A DNA stretch of 64,000 bases. Origin: Cyanophora paradoxa CCMP329 (taxonomy: Eukaryota > Plantae > Glaucophyta). The translations under genes and the position numbers were made by a program. The DNA lies in NCBI GenBank assembly GCA_004431415.1, contig QPMI01000083.1, positions 1 to 64,000 on the forward strand, read 5' to 3'. Position 1 is the stretch's first letter; every line of letters starts with the position of its first letter. This document shows, one piece after another, positions 60,381 through 64,000 of the stretch. The notes beneath the pieces were generated by a model that was given only the letters and a program-made list of their open reading frames with translations, was not told the DNA's origin and made no database searches.

Positions 60381-63300
60381 CGGACGAACTCGGAGCGGAG
60401 GGCGTTTAGGGTACGGGCCTCATGGTAGTGGTGGGCGAGCCCGAGCACGATCGAGTCGTAAAATATCGATTCGATCTCCGCCAGCTCCTTCAGCTGCAGG
60501 GCGCGGAGGGCGCTCGAGCCCCGGAGCCACGCCCGCCGCAGCGCGCCCAGGTGACGGTGCCGCCGGGGCGACGAGGGGCCGCTGACGCCGCCGCCGCGGA
60601 ACCCACCCTCCTCGTCGGTCGCGGGGGAGAGACGCCGCCGGCTCCCGCTGGGGCGGGCCCAGTCCCCAAGGCCCGAGCCCAAGTCCGCGTTCCGGAGCCG
60701 AGCCATCTGCGCCCCCGGGCGAAGTCGGATATTCAGATCAGATCAGGTCAGATCCAGATCTCGCGTGACTCACGCGGGAGGACAGGCTAGAGAGGCGGCG
60801 GGTGACGTTGTGCGAGACCGCAACGCCCGCGAAGGCCCCCACCAGCTGCGCGATCGCGATCGTCGCGATCGTCGCGATCGTCGCGATCGAGATCGCGATC
60901 GCGAGCGGCACACCGTCACGGCGATGGCGATGGCCGCCGACGCGGCGAAGGCCTCCGCGGAGCGCGGCGTGAAGGACCTCTGGGGGGTACAGCTTCGAAA
61001 CGGGGGGAGGGGGGGGCGGGGGGAATGGGAGGGGGGGGGGGCGGGGGCGCACGAGGGGAACCGCCGTGCAGACGACCTGTTCAGGCAGGTGCGCGTGAGC
61101 GGCCGCGCCCCCCGGTGGGGTGGAGGGGTGGGGGGGGGAGGGGGGTACGCGTGCCCAGTCGATTCCGAGGTAGGACAGGTCCGCGGCCTGGAGAAGGAGT
61201 CCCTCGCCCAGCCAGCGCCGCGCGCTCAGGATGTTCAGCGTCGCCTGGGTGCAGCACATGTATGTGTAAGCGAAGAGGCGAAAAGGGAAGGGGGGGGGGG
61301 GCAGATGCCTGCTGGGGTACGCTGGAGAAGGAGCCGTACTCGGCGAGCAGGCGGGCGGCGGCGGCGCGGATCGTGGCGTCCACGAGGGGGTCTCCAGGCT
61401 CCAGCCGCCGGTCTGGCGTGAACCGTCCGTCCACATCGCTCAGAGCTGCGAGCGCGGGCGCCGGCGACGGCGCCGGCGTGAGGCGCCCCGACAGGCGAAG
61501 CCCTACCAGGCTATATATAGCTATAAAATAACGTACCCTGGCGATCGATGGAGGGACCGCGCGACGCCGCTACGAGGAGTCCCGTGCGCCGCTCGACGAT
61601 GAACGAAACGGCGCCCATTTCGGCGTACGCCATCTGAGCGGGGGTACCGATTTAATTGAGCAAAGGCCTCCGGGGCGGTGCGGTCGCGGGGTAGCTATAT
61701 TTAGACCGGGTGCAGGGGTACGCACTGATTTCAGAAAGGCTTCGAGCCCGTCCAGGAAAAAGGTGGAGGCCTGCGGGCAAAAAAGCTCTCACGCGGGCGC
61801 CGGCGGCGGCGGGCCGAGGAGCAAGAGATTGATGGATAGCCCAGCTGCTACTTAGATTCCAGCCTAGTAGGTCTGTAGGCGAAAGAAGGGCATGTGGGGG
61901 TAGGAGGGGGGGTAGGGGGATTGCGCGCCATCACGCCAACTTGCTTCCCCTCCGAGTTGACGAGGGGCTGGCTCGCCGACACGCCGAAATCGTTTGACGT
62001 CAGGAAATCTGTCGTGATCATCGGATCGCGATCAGAGGCGTCGGAGTCGGCCGGCGGGTGCGGCAGAACGCGGGGAAAAGGGAGGCGGATCGATATCCGG
62101 AGGGGTGCCACGGCGTGCAACTGCAAGACGCACAAAGGGTGCTCCAGCCGAAAGAGTTGACTCCGGGCCCCCACCAGGGCCTGTCCATCGGATTGTAGTC
62201 CTTGTTGATTATCAATGGATCTCCTGCGTACGCATGCCATGCCTAGGCTCGGATCCGGGCAGGAGTGCACATGGCGAGGGCCGGCATGCGCAGGCAGATC
62301 TAATTTTGTAAGATCGGATCCGAGGCGAACCGCTTCCGGGCTTGCCGTTGACGTCCACGTCGTACCTACGCGAGCGCGCGCGCCGTCGGGTTTAAATCCA
62401 GTGTGCCGTCGCTGACGGCGGCGCGCGCAGGCGCTGGTGGAGGCGCCCGGCGGAGGGGGATACGTATACCGTACCAGTAGAGGTCGGGCCCGGTCCAACT
62501 GTCCTTGATGATGAAGTTCCTGCGCAACCGCGCTCAGATCTCGAGGCAAAGACACGAAATAGGAGCTGAAGTTTTCTACATAAGGGTATGGGAAGGGGTT
62601 GGGGTGGGGCGTTATTAATTAGAAGGGGGTGGGGAAGCTTAAGGGGCCGGGAGGGTGGGGGGAAGGGGGTGGGGTGTTGCGGAGAGGGGGGGGGGGGCGG
62701 AGGGGGAAGGATGGATTCCGATGGAAGGGGCCGGGGGGGTGGGTGGGGGGGGGAGAGGGGGGGTGGTAATCGGGCATGCCACTCAGTGTTATTGAAAGCG
62801 GCGTCTTTGGCGCGTCCGCGTCGGTGAGGGCGGTTGTACCCCACAAAGCTGCGCCCGTCAAATTACAACTTCTGAGATCTAAATCTGGCGGGAAACGCGG
62901 AGTATATATATGCGGACCGCCCGTCGTTCAGGCCGACCCAGAAGCTGGAGAGGGCCTGTGAGGGCAGAAGGGGCTCGAAGGCCCTCAGCCTCGCCCATAT
63001 GAGCGCCGCCGCGTCTGCGGGCAGCCGCCGAAGGGAGAGCAGGGAGGATGCGTCGGCACGAGAGGGGTACGGGCGCGTGCGCATGCCACCCGGAGAGGAA
63101 ATTACAAGCGGACCCTCTCGGAGGTCAGTGATGCCAACGTGCGGCTCTCGAAACGCAAGGTCCACGAATGCGTTCACTGCCGCCCGACCGAAAATATGCA
63201 AATGCATTATAAATTAATTGTAATGCGTGCTTATAATGAAGGCTGTGGCCGCTGGGCCGCGGCCGGCCGCGGAGCTTTAAAGCTTGCGCACTGGTTTTGG

Positions 63301-63574
63301 CGGTGCGGAGGACGCCGGCGTTGACCTCGTCGCGGACGCGCTTCACCGCCTCGCGCTGCTGCAGGTCCAGCACGTCGTCCACGGTCCACTGCGCGAAAAC
63401 CGTCCCCACCGCCCACACCGCCGCCTGCGCATGCCGCGAGCCGCTAAGCTCTAGATCTGTGCATGCATATGCGCATCTATACGTGCTCTGAGAGCGAGCA
63501 AACAGGCGCACCGTGGTGACCAAGAGGAGCACCACGAACGGCACGGTCAAGGCGACCGCGATTCGGATTTTCAT
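57200..63574 (-). CDS. Membrane-bound hybrid sensor histidine kinase (TM, Cache-like sensor, HisKA, HATPase, receiver)
   Basis: MKIRIAVALTVPFVVLLL TM; H-box EFVRNMSHEIRTPLNG; GDPVRLRQVL-INLASNAIKF; G2 GAGIGLALSAAIVRELGG; receiver AEDNAFN...CLM-DVQMPVLDG...IVALSAN...GMDDFHAKP. Confidence 0.9.
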
Positions 63575-64000
63575 CGCCGGTAAAACGATTCGCCGTATAT
63601 ACGTAGCTTCTTTTGCGGCCGATGGAGGTCGCAAAAGACTCGCAATTGCAGAAGCAAGCGGCAACTAAAGCCAGCGCCGCATGGAGCGTGACATGCCAGC
63701 CTGCATGCGCAGCTGGAGCCCGGCGGCCGGCAGGCGACTGCAACTTCAATCGCGCTAGCTATAAATCTAGAGTCTCAGGTGCGGTTCGGGTCCGATGAGC
63801 CCGCAGCGACTCGGCGAAGCTCCCGTGCCGCCGTGCGCTGTATTAACGTTGTTCGGAGCTTCAGCCTCGCGCGCGGCGGCCGCCGGCGGGCTCGCGCGCG
63901 CTACTCGACCGTTGAACTTCGGAACCGCAGAAGTGCACGGCGCTGCACGGCGGTGCACGCCGGACTCGGCGGCTCGGCCCAGTCGACTTGGCGACGTCAG

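Overview
Eukaryotic, GC-rich, very intron-dense nuclear DNA. The host is inferred to be a flagellated alga, plausibly a glaucophyte such as Cyanophora, from a plastid-type CbbY with a Phe-containing transit peptide, CFAP157 and many short GT/GC-AG introns. Most long ORFs in the six-frame track are shadows of spliced genes. Gene models assembled by hand, in order: an F-box/LRR-like gene that is probably disrupted; a KIF-binding protein (KBP) gene apparently fused to a C-terminal F-box; two divergent paralogous cell-surface proteins (different Cys-rich heads, shared SP-rich stalk plus IPT/TIG-like domain) flanking a MITE cluster; two C2-domain paralogs; CFAP157; a D-Ala-D-Ala-ligase-like ATP-grasp/degenerate SET fusion; a TPR-like protein with a C-terminal ubiquitin-like segment; a CbbY-like HAD phosphatase; a VIT-vWA protein; and a hybrid histidine kinase. 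Three observations stand out. (1) CbbY exon 2 (138 nt) is repeated five times head-to-tail exactly from splice acceptor to splice donor, the pattern a reverse-transcribed circular RNA would leave. (2) A young 4.7-kb element has identical 110-bp LTRs and a 4-bp TSD, encodes only a putative Gag-like region fused to integrase (no PR/RT/RH), and has atypical priming signals. (3) Introns are full of decayed copies of adjacent exon ends carrying CTG>CTA/CAG>TAG changes. All exon models are manual and unverified by RNA data.
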